DNA of 64,000 bases, taken from contig CAVUPH010000006.1 in the NCBI GenBank assembly GCA_963743305.1, forward strand, positions 96,001-160,000, in the 5' to 3' direction. A program made the position numbers and the translations under genes. The DNA comes from an uncultured delta proteobacterium. GTDB taxonomy: Bacteria > Desulfobacterota > RBG-13-43-22. The first letter of the stretch is position 1; the number at the start of each line of letters is the position of its first letter. Below are positions 46,979-56,962 of this stretch, piece by piece. The notes below the pieces were generated by a model, which made no database searches, had not been told where the DNA came from, and saw only the letters and a list, made by a program, of their open reading frames with translations.

Positions 46979-49294
46979 CTAAATTTTTCTAATTTTCACT
47001 TTGGTGACCCAGGAGATCGGTAACCCGCTTGCCGGGTCAATAATATTATCCAGCAGCGGATAGGGATTCGCCCCACGATTTTTCAAAGTCGGATCAAAGG
47101 CCTCGTGCCCCATTCCCAGGGGAACGAAAATGACCTGAGGCATGGCCCCTTCAAACAATTGGACCCCCACCTTAATGCTCCCTCCCGCCGATTCCAGTGT
47201 CACTCGGTCTCCCTGCTTCAACCCGAACTTCTTGGCGGTAGTCGGGTGAAACTGGGCCATCAGGTCATTGGCTTTTAGAATTTCTTCGCCCAGGTACTTG
47301 GTCATGAAAGGGGGATTGGGGAAGTATCCGTTTTGGAGCAACATCAAGGACAGCGGCACCATCAAAAGCGGGCTCTCCCCTCCGGGATAATAAGAGAAGC
47401 TCAGATCAATTTTTTCCGGTTCCTGGCGGAGGGCGGCAGGATAGAGGTCGATCTTTCCCTGTCCCCCGACCCCGGCGCCTTCCAGATGATACCAGGTCCC
47501 TTCCCGGACCAGCCCTTCCCAGAATTTATCAAAAGATTCAAAAGAGGCGGAGCCGGACTTGCCGGCTTCCGACGGCGGGCTATCGCTCAGGCGGCCCTTC
47601 TTGGTCTCGAAAACGGTTTTGGCGCTCTGCTTAACCACGGCTTCCATATTTTCGAAGCTTAAGGCCTCCTGAACCGCTCCGCCCAGACCTTTGGCCAAGG
47701 CGATCAGTACCTCGCCCGGATTTCGGTTTCCGTGAAGGGGGGGCAATACCGGCTTGGCCAGGCCATAAACCGGAAAGGGCACCCCCGGGACGCCATAGGC
47801 GTCATCCCAGCGCTCCAGGAAGGTCGGAGCCGGCAGGATCAAGTCCGCTAATTGGGTGGTTTCATCATAGAAAGAGGAAAAACTGACAATATATGGGATG
47901 CGGGCCACGGCGGCTTTGATCGCCTCATCCCCCAACCTAAAGGCCGGGTTGGCCTCGTGAAGCATCAGGAGGTTGATCGGATAAGGTTTCTGTTGGGCCG
48001 CATTGCTGAAAAATTGGATATAGTTGGGTTGGCCCGCCGGAAACTTGGAACTCCCGATGCTGTCCAGCCGAGGTTGGGCCAGCCCTTTCTCAGCTATGCC
48101 GTCCAGCGACGCCTTAGGCCAAGCGGCGGTCAGTCCACCCTCGGACTTTAAGAAAACCCCGCCGCTGCGATTCAACGCCCCGATCAGAACGTTCAAGGTA
48201 AGGATGGCCGCACCCTCAGAAAAAGGAATGGCCAGGTCCCCTTTCCCTCTCCCCATCAGGGCGACCGCTTGTTTGGCCGAGGCGAATTCCTTGGCCAGTT
48301 TTTCAATCTCCTCGGGAGGCAAGCCGGTAATCTTGGCCACCTTGTCCGGAGTATATTTTTTATCCAGCACTTCTTTCAAACCTTCCAAACCTGAAGTCCC
48401 CGCCTGGATAGCCTCCCGGTTAACCCAGCCTTTGGAAATCATGATTTGGGCCAAGCCCCAGGCCAAAGACCCCTCGGTCCCTGGTTTTACCGCCACCCAT
48501 TCATCCGCCAGGGAGGCTGTCGTGGAGGCTAAGGGTTCCACCTGGACTAATTTGGCCCTTCCCGCCGGGGGATCTTTTCTCCATTCCCGGTAAGCCTGGC
48601 TCACCCAGGTCGGAGTTCCCCAACCGTCCAACAATCCCGCGCCGAAGCTGAGGATATATTTGGCCTGGGGCAGGTCATAGGCCCAGGAGGAACGGGCCCC
48701 CTGAAGGGAGGCCGTCACCATCTCTTCCATATCTCCCAGTCGCGGGGTTCGAATATAATTAGGGGAACCGTAGCTTCTCATGAATCGGGTCATCAACAGG
48801 GAAAGGCTTCCTTGTCCGCCGCGACCATCCAGAAGGGCCGCCGTGTGGGTCTGGTTATTCTGACGTAATTCCTTTAACCATTTGGTCAAATCACCATAGG
48901 CCTCTTCCCAGGAGACCGGCAACCAATCCCCTTTCCCCCGAGGACCGAAACGCTTCATCGGACCCTTCACGCGGATCTCTTCCTGGTACAGGTACTGCAA
49001 CCCGGACAAGCCCAACGGACATAGCCCGCCTTGATTTACCGGATGGTTCGGCTGGCCTTCGATTTTAACGGCCCGCTTACTTTCGATCAGCCGGACTTTG
49101 ATGCCGCAGGCCCCCGGACAAAGGAGGCAGATAGAATTCAGATAAGAGGATTCGCCGCTCTCGGGAATGGGGGCCCAACGCTGGCTCCATTTGGCCACTT
49201 CATCCATGGGCACCCAGGGCAGGGGTGAAACAATGGTCCCCACCGCGCCCCCGACGATAAACTTCAGGAAATCTCTGCGATCAATGGTTGGCAT
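46979..49294 (-). CDS. qrcB: Quinone reductase complex molybdopterin-oxidoreductase-like subunit
   Basis: Tat motif DRRDFLK; CX2CX3CX28C; ADLILPAPTFLERWDD. Confidence 0.92.
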   Translation of the reverse strand: MPTIDRRDFLKFIVGGAVGTIVSPLPWVPMDEVAKWSQRWAPIPESGESSYLNSICLLCPGACGIKVRLIESKRAVKIEGQPNHPVNQGGLCPLGLSGLQYLYQEEIRVKGPMKRFGPRGKGDWLPVSWEEAYGDLTKWLKELRQNNQTHTAALLDGRGGQGSLSLLMTRFMRSYGSPNYIRTPRLGDMEEMVTASLQGARSSWAYDLPQAKYILSFGAGLLDGWGTPTWVSQAYREWRKDPPAGRAKLVQVEPLASTTASLADEWVAVKPGTEGSLAWGLAQIMISKGWVNREAIQAGTSGLEGLKEVLDKKYTPDKVAKITGLPPEEIEKLAKEFASAKQAVALMGRGKGDLAIPFSEGAAILTLNVLIGALNRSGGVFLKSEGGLTAAWPKASLDGIAEKGLAQPRLDSIGSSKFPAGQPNYIQFFSNAAQQKPYPINLLMLHEANPAFRLGDEAIKAAVARIPYIVSFSSFYDETTQLADLILPAPTFLERWDDAYGVPGVPFPVYGLAKPVLPPLHGNRNPGEVLIALAKGLGGAVQEALSFENMEAVVKQSAKTVFETKKGRLSDSPPSEAGKSGSASFESFDKFWEGLVREGTWYHLEGAGVGGQGKIDLYPAALRQEPEKIDLSFSYYPGGESPLLMVPLSLMLLQNGYFPNPPFMTKYLGEEILKANDLMAQFHPTTAKKFGLKQGDRVTLESAGGSIKVGVQLFEGAMPQVIFVPLGMGHEAFDPTLKNRGANPYPLLDNIIDPASGLPISWVTKVKIRKI

Positions 49295-49344
49295 TTTCCT
49301 ATTCCTCGTGTTTTACCTGAGTTAGGGTCTGTTCAGGTTCCAAT

Positions 49345-49926
49345 TTATTTATGACATACAAAACAGGCGTTGCTTTTGCCTTTCTTTTGGTGACAGGCTT
49401 CACAGGTTTCCATCATCATCACTTCAGGAGCGTAGCCTGAAATCCACTTGTATTTATATACCGGGTTTTTATCGGTTTTGCCGCCCACCATCTTGTGGCA
49501 ATCCGTGCAGTTTTGTTTGGCCATTTTGACATGAGCCACGTGGGAGAAAAAAACGTTGTCGGGCTGCTGAGAGTAGATCAACCAGGAAATATTTCTATTC
49601 TCTTTCTTCAGTTGCTCCGCCAATTTAATAAAATCGGCCTCCTCCTTGGAACTGCCCTGAGCCGACTCGTGGCATTCCAGACATTTGGCCAGAGGCGGAA
49701 TACCGGCGAAGGTGCCATCCTTCCGGAAGGAATGGCAATCCTCACACTGCGCCCCGGCACCTCCCTCCCCATGCTTGAGATGGCTGAAATGCACGGGTTG
49801 GACCTTCTTGCTCTGGATAAGTCCCGGGAAGATCAGCCAGCCTAAAATCAAGGATGCCACGACCCCGACCCAGAAAAACATCCAGGTGCCCTTGGATTTT
49901 CCCTCTTTTTCCATCTCTTTTTCCAT
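49345..49926 (-). CDS. qrcA: Quinone reductase complex membrane-anchored multiheme cytochrome c (5 CxxCH)
   Basis: TM anchor; QPVHFSH; CEDCH, CLECH, CTDCH, CEACH, CFVCH; QPDNVFFSH. Confidence 0.93.
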   Translation of the reverse strand: MEKEMEKEGKSKGTWMFFWVGVVASLILGWLIFPGLIQSKKVQPVHFSHLKHGEGGAGAQCEDCHSFRKDGTFAGIPPLAKCLECHESAQGSSKEEADFIKLAEQLKKENRNISWLIYSQQPDNVFFSHVAHVKMAKQNCTDCHKMVGGKTDKNPVYKYKWISGYAPEVMMMETCEACHQKKGKSNACFVCHK

Positions 49927-50103
49927 ATTCCCTGTCCTAATTTTGTTATTTTATAAAAAAACCCGATCCGGTCTATAGCAATCCATAGTCCAGGTCGGGC
50001 CGATACGATATACGATAATGGATAACCCCCAGGGTTTCAATCGCAGGCATCTTTTATTGGCTATTTCGATTTGTTGGGAATTATAAAGAGTAAAAGTACT
50101 TCG

Positions 50104-50413
50104 TTAATACTTCCCCAACCCTTTTTTGTCAAGAAAAAATTCTTTTTTCAGGTCAAAGGCTTTGCGAATAATCGGGCCGGTTCCCGGAGTTAGCGCCAGG
50201 CGCTCAATACCCCCTAAAGGATAGAAAGCGGCTTCCAGGGCATCGCTTCCCCCCTTTAGCCGGCCAGCCACCACCCGGCAAAGGTAATCGATCAGCACAT
50301 AATGATAAAGGACGCGATCCTGTTCATCGACGAATTAATAAAACCCGGTCCTCCTCAAAAACAATGGCCCCGACCCCGATAAAGGGCCGTTCGGGGTAAC
50401 GACGGTCATCCAT
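50104..50413 (-). pseudogene. NUDIX hydrolase with internal deletion of the Nudix box
   Basis: MDDRRYPERPFIGVGAIVFEEDRVLLIRR* is joined out of frame to FVDEQDRVLYHYVLIDYLC..GSDALEA at TTCGTCG (50328-50334). Confidence 0.85.
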
Positions 50414-50431
50414 ATTTATTAACGGTTAACC

Positions 50432-51109
50432 TCATGGCCGGCATAGGCGGCAGGGGCTGAAGCCCTGGAGATAGGCGTCTTTCTTGTGCTTGAAAAGGAC
50501 CAGGTTCCTTACCGTTATCTTTTGTCCGACGAGGCAATTCCTTCGATGAAATTTCCTGGTGATCCGCTGACCAGTGTATTCCGATTCGGTTTCTTCCAGG
50601 GCCTTGCTCCAGATACCCCGCCGCTCGTCTATGGCTACCCGCTGCCACTTCAACAGGGCTTCGAACTTCTTCGTATTGGGCGCCTGGTAGAGCACCTGGG
50701 CCAAGCCTTTTTTGACCATCTCCCCGTTCACCCAAAGGCCGTTCTTCAAATACACGTGGGCCAACAGCCGCTGGTAGCGGTCCAGAAGCTCCACCTCATA
50801 TTCCAGCCGGATGTCCTGACCCCGAACCAGTTGACGATTGAAACGATGGGCCTCTTCGGCCAAGGGTTCGCCTTTCCCCGGCCCTCCCCGCTCCGGGGAA
50901 TCAATCCCCAGGTAGCGGACCCGCCGACCTTTATCCAGCGTAATCGAATCCCCATCCTCCACGCTGACCACCCGGCGCCACTCCGCCGGGGATTCGGACC
51001 AAGTCAAGCCGGCCAAAAAGAAAAAAACGGAGGGCAGAGAAATAATAAAGACCAGAAGACGGAGCGGGGCGATCGTTCGGTTAGACGAAAAATTCAGACC
51101 AGACGGCAT
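50432..51109 (-). CDS. Thermonuclease (SNase-like) with C-terminal Ada-like metal-binding domain
   Basis: VEDGDSI, VRYLGIDSPE, DRYQRLLA, GIW, FHRRNC..GFSPCRLCRP. Confidence 0.92.
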   Translation of the reverse strand: MPSGLNFSSNRTIAPLRLLVFIISLPSVFFFLAGLTWSESPAEWRRVVSVEDGDSITLDKGRRVRYLGIDSPERGGPGKGEPLAEEAHRFNRQLVRGQDIRLEYEVELLDRYQRLLAHVYLKNGLWVNGEMVKKGLAQVLYQAPNTKKFEALLKWQRVAIDERRGIWSKALEETESEYTGQRITRKFHRRNCLVGQKITVRNLVLFKHKKDAYLQGFSPCRLCRP

Positions 51110-51113
51110 TGGT

Positions 51114-52055
51114 TTAATTGTTTTGTTGGACTGCCTGGCGAAGGTATTCGATGGTCAGAACCAGGCCCTCTTCCAGCTCCACTTCCGGAAACCAGTCCAA
51201 ACGCTCCTGGGCTAAAGCAATATCCGGTTTCCGCTGAATGGGATCGTCCTGGGGCAGGGGTTTGAAAATAATCGGGGCCGATGAACCGGTCATGGCTTTC
51301 ACTTTTTCGGCCAGGGACAGTATGGTGAATTCCCGGGGGTTGCCCAGGTTGACCGGGCCGGGAAAGGCCTCCTGCTCCATCATGCCCTTCAGCCCCCGCA
51401 CCATATCGGAGATGTAACAAAAAGAACGGGTCTGCCGCCCATCGCCATACACTGTCAACGGTTCACCGCGCAGGGCCTGGATGATGAGATTGCTGACCAC
51501 CCGGCCGTCGTCCAGGGCCATCCTCGGGCCATAGGTATTGAAAATCCGTACAATTCGGATATCCACCCGGTGCTGGCGGTGATAATCCATCATTAAGGTC
51601 TCGGCGACCCGCTTTCCTTCGTCGTAACAGGCCCGTGGTCCGATGCAGTGGACGTTGCCCCAATAGGTTTCTTTCTGGGGATGCACGGCCGGGTCCCCAT
51701 AGACCTCCGAAGTGGAGGCCTGCAGGATTCGGGCCTTGACCCGTTTGGCCAATCCGAGCATGTTCAGAGTGCCCATGACGTTCGTTTTGACGGTTTTAAC
51801 CGGATTGAACTGGTAGTGGATGGGCGATGCCGGACAGGCCAGATTATAGATTTGATCCACCTCCAGGACGATGGGGTTGATAATATCATGTCGCAGCAAC
51901 TCAAAATGAGGATTATCCCGCAGATGAAGGATATTCTCCTTCGATCCGGTATAATAGTTATCCAGGCAAACTACATCATTTCCATCCTGGAGCAAAACTT
52001 CGCAGAGGTGACTGCCGATAAAGCCGGCCCCCCCCGTCACGAGAATTTTTTTCAT
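51114..52055 (-). CDS. uxs: UDP-glucuronate decarboxylase (UDP-xylose synthase)
   Basis: [42 protein letters not shown]. Confidence 0.95.
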   Translation of the reverse strand: MKKILVTGGAGFIGSHLCEVLLQDGNDVVCLDNYYTGSKENILHLRDNPHFELLRHDIINPIVLEVDQIYNLACPASPIHYQFNPVKTVKTNVMGTLNMLGLAKRVKARILQASTSEVYGDPAVHPQKETYWGNVHCIGPRACYDEGKRVAETLMMDYHRQHRVDIRIVRIFNTYGPRMALDDGRVVSNLIIQALRGEPLTVYGDGRQTRSFCYISDMVRGLKGMMEQEAFPGPVNLGNPREFTILSLAEKVKAMTGSSAPIIFKPLPQDDPIQRKPDIALAQERLDWFPEVELEEGLVLTIEYLRQAVQQNN

Positions 52056-52066
52056 GCCTTCCCCTT

Positions 52067-52123
52067 TAGGTGCTTATTCCATTGTTCTGAGAATTGGTCG
52101 CTAACAACGGAGGTAAGAATCTA
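52067..52123. repeat. 58-bp hairpin element, copy 2 (upstream of uxs)
   Basis: TAGGTGCTTATTCCATTGTT-ctgagaattggtcgct-AACAACGGAGGTAAGAATCTA. Confidence 0.85.
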
Positions 52124-52342
52124 CTATAAAAAACGTTCTTTAAAATCCTTTTTAGAGGTTTTTTATTACAGCCAAAAAAACTCGATTTTTTTTGGCTAGT
52201 CCGAAGATGATAGCAGTATTGGCATGAGTCACCCGATTTGTCAAGTCCGTCAACCATCCCAACTCATTGAAAGAAATAAAATTAGTCCTTTACCCCTTTC
52301 CAAATATATGCTACCGTTTGAGTTTCAAGAACAGATTCGAAT

Positions 52343-52657
52343 GATCAAGTTTGACGGACTCGCAAGAAGTCCGTCAGCAGCCCGAGCGCGATTAAGCGCC
52401 GGGCTGGGGTAGGGGTGGAACCATTTGAATTCACTTCAAATGGCGGGGGAGGGGAAGCCCTCCCCCGCCGAGCAGAAAGTCGTTTTTTGACTTTTTGCGA
52501 GGTCATCAAGTTTGATGGTTTGGCAAAAAGTCCCCTGGGCTCTCATTGCGAGGAGTGAAGCGACGAAGCAATCTCGTATTGTAGGCTAGTTACCAAAGAC
52601 GAGATTGCTTCGCTTCGCTCGCAATGACGGGTTCTTGGCCTTTTTGCGAGAGGCTCT
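52343..52657. repeat. Tandem MITE-like units (TTTGAYGG..GCAARAAGTC / GACTTTTTGCGAG) enclosing REP hairpins (CATTGCGAG..GAAGCAATCTC / GAGATTGCTTC..CGCAATGAC)
   Basis: Direct reading; the same REP pair recurs at 63761-63866. Confidence 0.85.
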
Positions 52658-52670
52658 GAGGAGGGACGTT

Positions 52671-53012
52671 TTGGCTGATAAAATACTCTACCCGGAAATG
52701 ATCGAACAATTGCCGGATATCGATATTCCCATCCCGGGGGTCCGGGGTAAACTCTTTCAGGGCGAGGGCCGGCAGGCCGTGTTCTTTTCCGTGGAGACCA
52801 CAGGGGAAATCCCTCCCCATCAGCACCAGGCCCAATGGGGGGTGGTGCTGGAAGGGGAGATGCAGATGACCATCGGCGGGGTTACTCAAAGGTACGAAAA
52901 GGGGGATTCCTATTTTATTCCCGCCGGCGTCACCCATTCGATTCAAATCCTTTCTCCCCTGAAGGCTCTGGATTTTTTTGATGAACCGGCCCGCTACCGG
53001 CCCAAACCCTAG
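52671..53012 (+). CDS. Cupin-domain protein
   Basis: IPPHQH..QWGVVLEG, GDSYFIPAGVTH; TTG start after GAGGAGG. Confidence 0.88.
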   Translation: MADKILYPEMIEQLPDIDIPIPGVRGKLFQGEGRQAVFFSVETTGEIPPHQHQAQWGVVLEGEMQMTIGGVTQRYEKGDSYFIPAGVTHSIQILSPLKALDFFDEPARYRPKP

Positions 53013-53044
53013 CCAAAAATATTTGAAAATTTTCTTTTTATCTT

Positions 53045-53102
53045 TAAATGTTTACCTCCATTGTTCTGAGAATTTGTCTCTAACAATAGAGGTAAACATT
53101 TA
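53045..53102. repeat. 58-bp hairpin element, copy 3 (upstream of the aminotransferase)
   Basis: TAAATGTTTACCTCCATTGTT-ctgagaatttgtctct-AACAATAGAGGTAAACATTTA. Confidence 0.9.
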
Positions 53103-53118
53103 GAGGAGGAGACCACCG

Positions 53119-54300
53119 ATGGCCATAGCTCAAAAAATAAAAAACTCCATGGAGCAGTCCTCCTGGATCCGAAAGATGTTTGAACAGGGGGCACTGCTCA
53201 AGGCCCAATACGGAGCCGATCAGGTCTGTGATTTCAGCCTGGGCAACCCGAACCTGGAACCGCCGCTGGTGGTCCATCAGGCCCTCATTAAAATCCTTCA
53301 GGAATCCCCGGCCGCCCTGCACGCCTACATGCCCAACGCCGGGTACCCGGAGACCCGGACCGCCGTGGCCGATTTTCTTTCCCGGGAGCACGGATTGCCG
53401 TTCACCCTCAAAGACATCATCATGACCTGCGGCGCTGCCGGGGCCATCAACGCCGTTTTAAAGGCGCTAATCAACCCTGGCGACGAAGTCATTATTTTAG
53501 CCCCCTATTTTGTCGAATACCTTTTCTATGTGGACAATTTCCAGGGCCAGCCCAAAATCGTTTCCACGAGGCCCGATTTCTTACCGGACCTTAAGGCTAT
53601 CCAGGAGGCCATTACCCCCCGGACCAAGGCGATCTTGATCAACTCTCCCAATAACCCTACCGGACGAGTCTATGGCCAAACGATTATCCGCGGTCTGGGA
53701 GATTTGCTGGCCGATTATTCACGAAAGGGGCAGGTGATCTATCTGCTGGCCGATGAACCCTACCGAAAAATCGTTTATGACGGCGTCCAGGTTCCAAGTG
53801 CCTTCCAGGCTTATAACGAAAGCATCGTGGTCACCTCTTATTCCAAAGATCTTTCCCTGCCGGGGGAGCGGATCGGTTTTCTAGCCGTGCACCCGCAAGC
53901 CCCTGATCGGGACGAATTGATTAATGCCCTGACCCTCACCAATCGCATACTGGGTTTTGTCAATGCCCCCGCTCTGATGCAGCGGGTGTTAGTCGATCTG
54001 CAGGGACAAACCGTGGACATTAACCTCTATCAAAGAAAACGCGACCTTTTCTGTGACGGACTCTCCCAGGCCGGCTATCAGTTCGATCGGCCCGAGGGGG
54101 CCTTTTATCTCTTCCCCCGCTCCCCCATTCCCGATGAGGTGGCCTTCGTCCAGGCCTTGCAGGAAGAGCGGATCCTGACCGTCCCTGGAAGGGGCTTTGG
54201 AGCCCCCGGCTATTTTCGGATCGCCTACTGTGTGGCCGACGAGGTGATCGAACGTTCCCTGCCGGGCTTTACCAGGGTCATGAAAAAATTCACCCCTTAG
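53119..54300 (+). CDS. PLP-dependent class I aminotransferase (aspartate aminotransferase-like)
   Basis: DFSLGNP, NSPNNPTG, ADEPY, SYSKDLSLPGERIG. Confidence 0.93.
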   Translation: MAIAQKIKNSMEQSSWIRKMFEQGALLKAQYGADQVCDFSLGNPNLEPPLVVHQALIKILQESPAALHAYMPNAGYPETRTAVADFLSREHGLPFTLKDIIMTCGAAGAINAVLKALINPGDEVIILAPYFVEYLFYVDNFQGQPKIVSTRPDFLPDLKAIQEAITPRTKAILINSPNNPTGRVYGQTIIRGLGDLLADYSRKGQVIYLLADEPYRKIVYDGVQVPSAFQAYNESIVVTSYSKDLSLPGERIGFLAVHPQAPDRDELINALTLTNRILGFVNAPALMQRVLVDLQGQTVDINLYQRKRDLFCDGLSQAGYQFDRPEGAFYLFPRSPIPDEVAFVQALQEERILTVPGRGFGAPGYFRIAYCVADEVIERSLPGFTRVMKKFTP

Positions 54301-54322
54301 CCCCCCTGAGTCTGTCGATGGT

Positions 54323-55369
54323 ATGAAATTAGCGGCCATCGCCCTGAGCGGCGGTGTGGACAGCGCCACGGCGGCCTGGCTGCTCCAGGAACAGGGTTTT
54401 GAGGTCCTGGGTCTGCATGCCGACTTGGGATTGACCGATCCGGCCAAGACCGCCCTCCTGCGGGAAGTGGCTGGCTTTCTCCGTATCCGTCTGGAAATCA
54501 TCCCCTTGCAGGAGGCCTTTCGGAAGCAGGTCATGGATTACCTGCTGGCGGAATACCAAAGGGCCCGGACCCCCAACCCCTGCGTGGTCTGCAACCAAAC
54601 CGTCAAATTCGAACATCTCTTCCGCGCCGCCCGGGAATCGGGGGCTGAAAAATTCGCCACCGGTCATTATGCCCGGACTGTCCTCTGCCCCTGGGGCCAG
54701 GGGTTTACTATCGGTCGGGGGGCTGACCCCGCTAAAGACCAATCCTATTTTTTGCACCGCCTTAACCGGGAAGTCCTCCCGCACCTTCTGTTTCCCTTGG
54801 GTGACCGGACTAAAACCGAAGTAAAAACCCTGGCCCGGGAATTAAGGCTTCCTGTTTTCGGGGGGGAAGAAAGCCAGGATGCCTGCTTTCTCCCGCCGGG
54901 CGGGTACCGGGAATTCTTGATCCGGGAAGCGGGGCCTACCTGGATACGGCGAGGAAATATGGTGGACCTACAGGGCCGAAAGCTGGGGGAGCACCAGGGA
55001 TTATACGCCTACACCATCGGTCAACGCCGGGGCCTGGGGCTGCCCGGGAAAGAACCCTACTATGTGGTCCGGATGGATCCCCAAAAAAATGAGCTGGTTA
55101 TTGGATCTAAAAGGGACTTGGAACAGATTAGTTGCCGGCTGGGGAAGGTCCACTGGCTTTGCCGTCCCCCGCAAATCGACGGGCTGAGGGTCCAAGTGCA
55201 GATCCGCTACCGCCACCCTCCGGCTTCAGCCAACCTCTCTCTGAAATCGGATCAAAACCTCTGGGTTCACTTTGACCACCCCGAGAAAGCCGTCACTCCC
55301 GGCCAGGCCGCTGTAATCTATTTGGACGGCACGGTGCTGGGCGGCGGCTGGATTGAATCCAATCTTTAA
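54323..55369 (+). CDS. mnmA: tRNA 2-thiouridylase
   Basis: LSGGVDS, TPNPCVVCN, ATGHY, KDQSYFL, ESQDACF, TPGQAAV. Confidence 0.96.
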   Translation: MKLAAIALSGGVDSATAAWLLQEQGFEVLGLHADLGLTDPAKTALLREVAGFLRIRLEIIPLQEAFRKQVMDYLLAEYQRARTPNPCVVCNQTVKFEHLFRAARESGAEKFATGHYARTVLCPWGQGFTIGRGADPAKDQSYFLHRLNREVLPHLLFPLGDRTKTEVKTLARELRLPVFGGEESQDACFLPPGGYREFLIREAGPTWIRRGNMVDLQGRKLGEHQGLYAYTIGQRRGLGLPGKEPYYVVRMDPQKNELVIGSKRDLEQISCRLGKVHWLCRPPQIDGLRVQVQIRYRHPPASANLSLKSDQNLWVHFDHPEKAVTPGQAAVIYLDGTVLGGGWIESNL

Positions 55370-55379
55370 AAAAGTGAAA

Positions 55380-56687
55380 ATGAAAAAAGTCGCCATTCAG
55401 ACCTTTGGCTGCAAAGTCAACCAGTTCGAATCCGAGGCCCTGATTCGGGCCTTTCAGGAACGGGGCTGGAATCCGGTGCCTTTCCAGGAAGCCGCCGACC
55501 TCTATCTGATCAATACCTGCGCCGTGACCGCCGAGGCCCAGCGCCAGTCGGCCCAAGCCGTGCGCGGGGCCATCCGTCGCTCTCCGGAGGCCCTGATTGC
55601 CGCCGCCGGGTGCGCCGCTCAACTCTTCCCGGACTATTTCAGCCAGATAGCCGGATTGGACTACCTCTTCGGGACCGGGAATAAATTGCGGTTCCCTTCC
55701 AGCGATGATTTTTCCCGAAAACCCGCTTCTCTTCAGATCCGGCTTGAACCGGTTTCTTCCTTTCCGCCCTTATCCCTGGAATGCCCGAATCCCTTATTTC
55801 GTACCCGGGCGGTTTTCCGCATCCAGGAAGGCTGCGACGCCCACTGCAGCTACTGTGTCGTCCCGCAGGCCCGCGGACCTTCCCGTAGCCTGTCACCCGA
55901 GCAGGTCCGAGAGGGCCTCTTCCGTTTAGAAGCCTCGGGGATCCTGGAGATAATTCTGACCGGTATTCATTTGGGTCAATACGGACGGGACCTCCAGCCC
56001 CCCTGGAGTTTGACCGAATTACTGCGAGAGGTACTGAAAACTCCCGGACGACCTTTTCTACGCTTGAGTTCCCTGGAAATGCATGAGATCACGCCGGACC
56101 TGATTTCTCTGTTTCAAAAAGAACCGCGGCTGTGTTCACACCTGCATATCCCGCTGCAAAGCGGCGACGGACGTATTCTTACTCGAATGAGCCGACCCTA
56201 CTCGACTGTTGAATACGCAGACCTCCTCCACCGACTCCACGCCGAACTTCCTTTAGCGTCTTTGGGGGCGGACGTCATCGTGGGTTTTCCCGGGGAAGAT
56301 GAAGACGCTTTTCAACGAACCCATGATTTGATTGCCACTCTGCCTTTGGCCTATCTCCACGTCTTCCCCTATTCCCCTCGGCCCGGCACGTCGGCCGCCC
56401 TTTTTACCGGACAGGTCCCGGCCGGGGAGAAGAAAGAGCGCGCCCGGCGGCTCCGGGCCTTGGATCGAGACAAGCGATCTGAGTTTTACGGGCGATGTGT
56501 CGGGCAAGAGTTCTCGGCCTTGGTGCTCCGTACAACCGACCCGGATGGCTGGTGTGAAGGAGTGACCGACAATTATTTGCCCATTCGATTCCAGGGGCTT
56601 TTCCACCCGAACACCCGTCTCCGGGTCCGAATCACCGGACGAGACGGAAAAGGGATATTGGCTGAACCTTTGAATGAATGGATTTGA
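55380..56687 (+). CDS. mtaB: Threonylcarbamoyladenosine tRNA methylthiotransferase
   Basis: TFGCKVNQFES, NTCAVT, QEGCDAHCSYC, DVIVGFPGE, HVFPYSPRPGT. Confidence 0.93.
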   Translation: MKKVAIQTFGCKVNQFESEALIRAFQERGWNPVPFQEAADLYLINTCAVTAEAQRQSAQAVRGAIRRSPEALIAAAGCAAQLFPDYFSQIAGLDYLFGTGNKLRFPSSDDFSRKPASLQIRLEPVSSFPPLSLECPNPLFRTRAVFRIQEGCDAHCSYCVVPQARGPSRSLSPEQVREGLFRLEASGILEIILTGIHLGQYGRDLQPPWSLTELLREVLKTPGRPFLRLSSLEMHEITPDLISLFQKEPRLCSHLHIPLQSGDGRILTRMSRPYSTVEYADLLHRLHAELPLASLGADVIVGFPGEDEDAFQRTHDLIATLPLAYLHVFPYSPRPGTSAALFTGQVPAGEKKERARRLRALDRDKRSEFYGRCVGQEFSALVLRTTDPDGWCEGVTDNYLPIRFQGLFHPNTRLRVRITGRDGKGILAEPLNEWI

Positions 56688-56962
56688 AAATCCGGATTAT
56701 TCATGGTATTAGTATAAAAACAGCTTTTACCCGCGGGGCTCCCCCACACCTCCACCCGCGTGGGGGGGGGAAAGAGGGAGCTTAAGAAACGATCCGAGTC
56801 CTCTAGCTTCCCTCCCCGCTGGGGGAGGGGACTTCGACATGAGCTCAGTCGAACGATTGAGTAGAAGGATAACTCGGGATTTTCATGCTTCGCGAGTGCT
56901 TCCCCAGGGCGGGGGAGTAAAATACCAAACCAGAGGGTTATCCCGGAAAGAGGAGCCAACCG

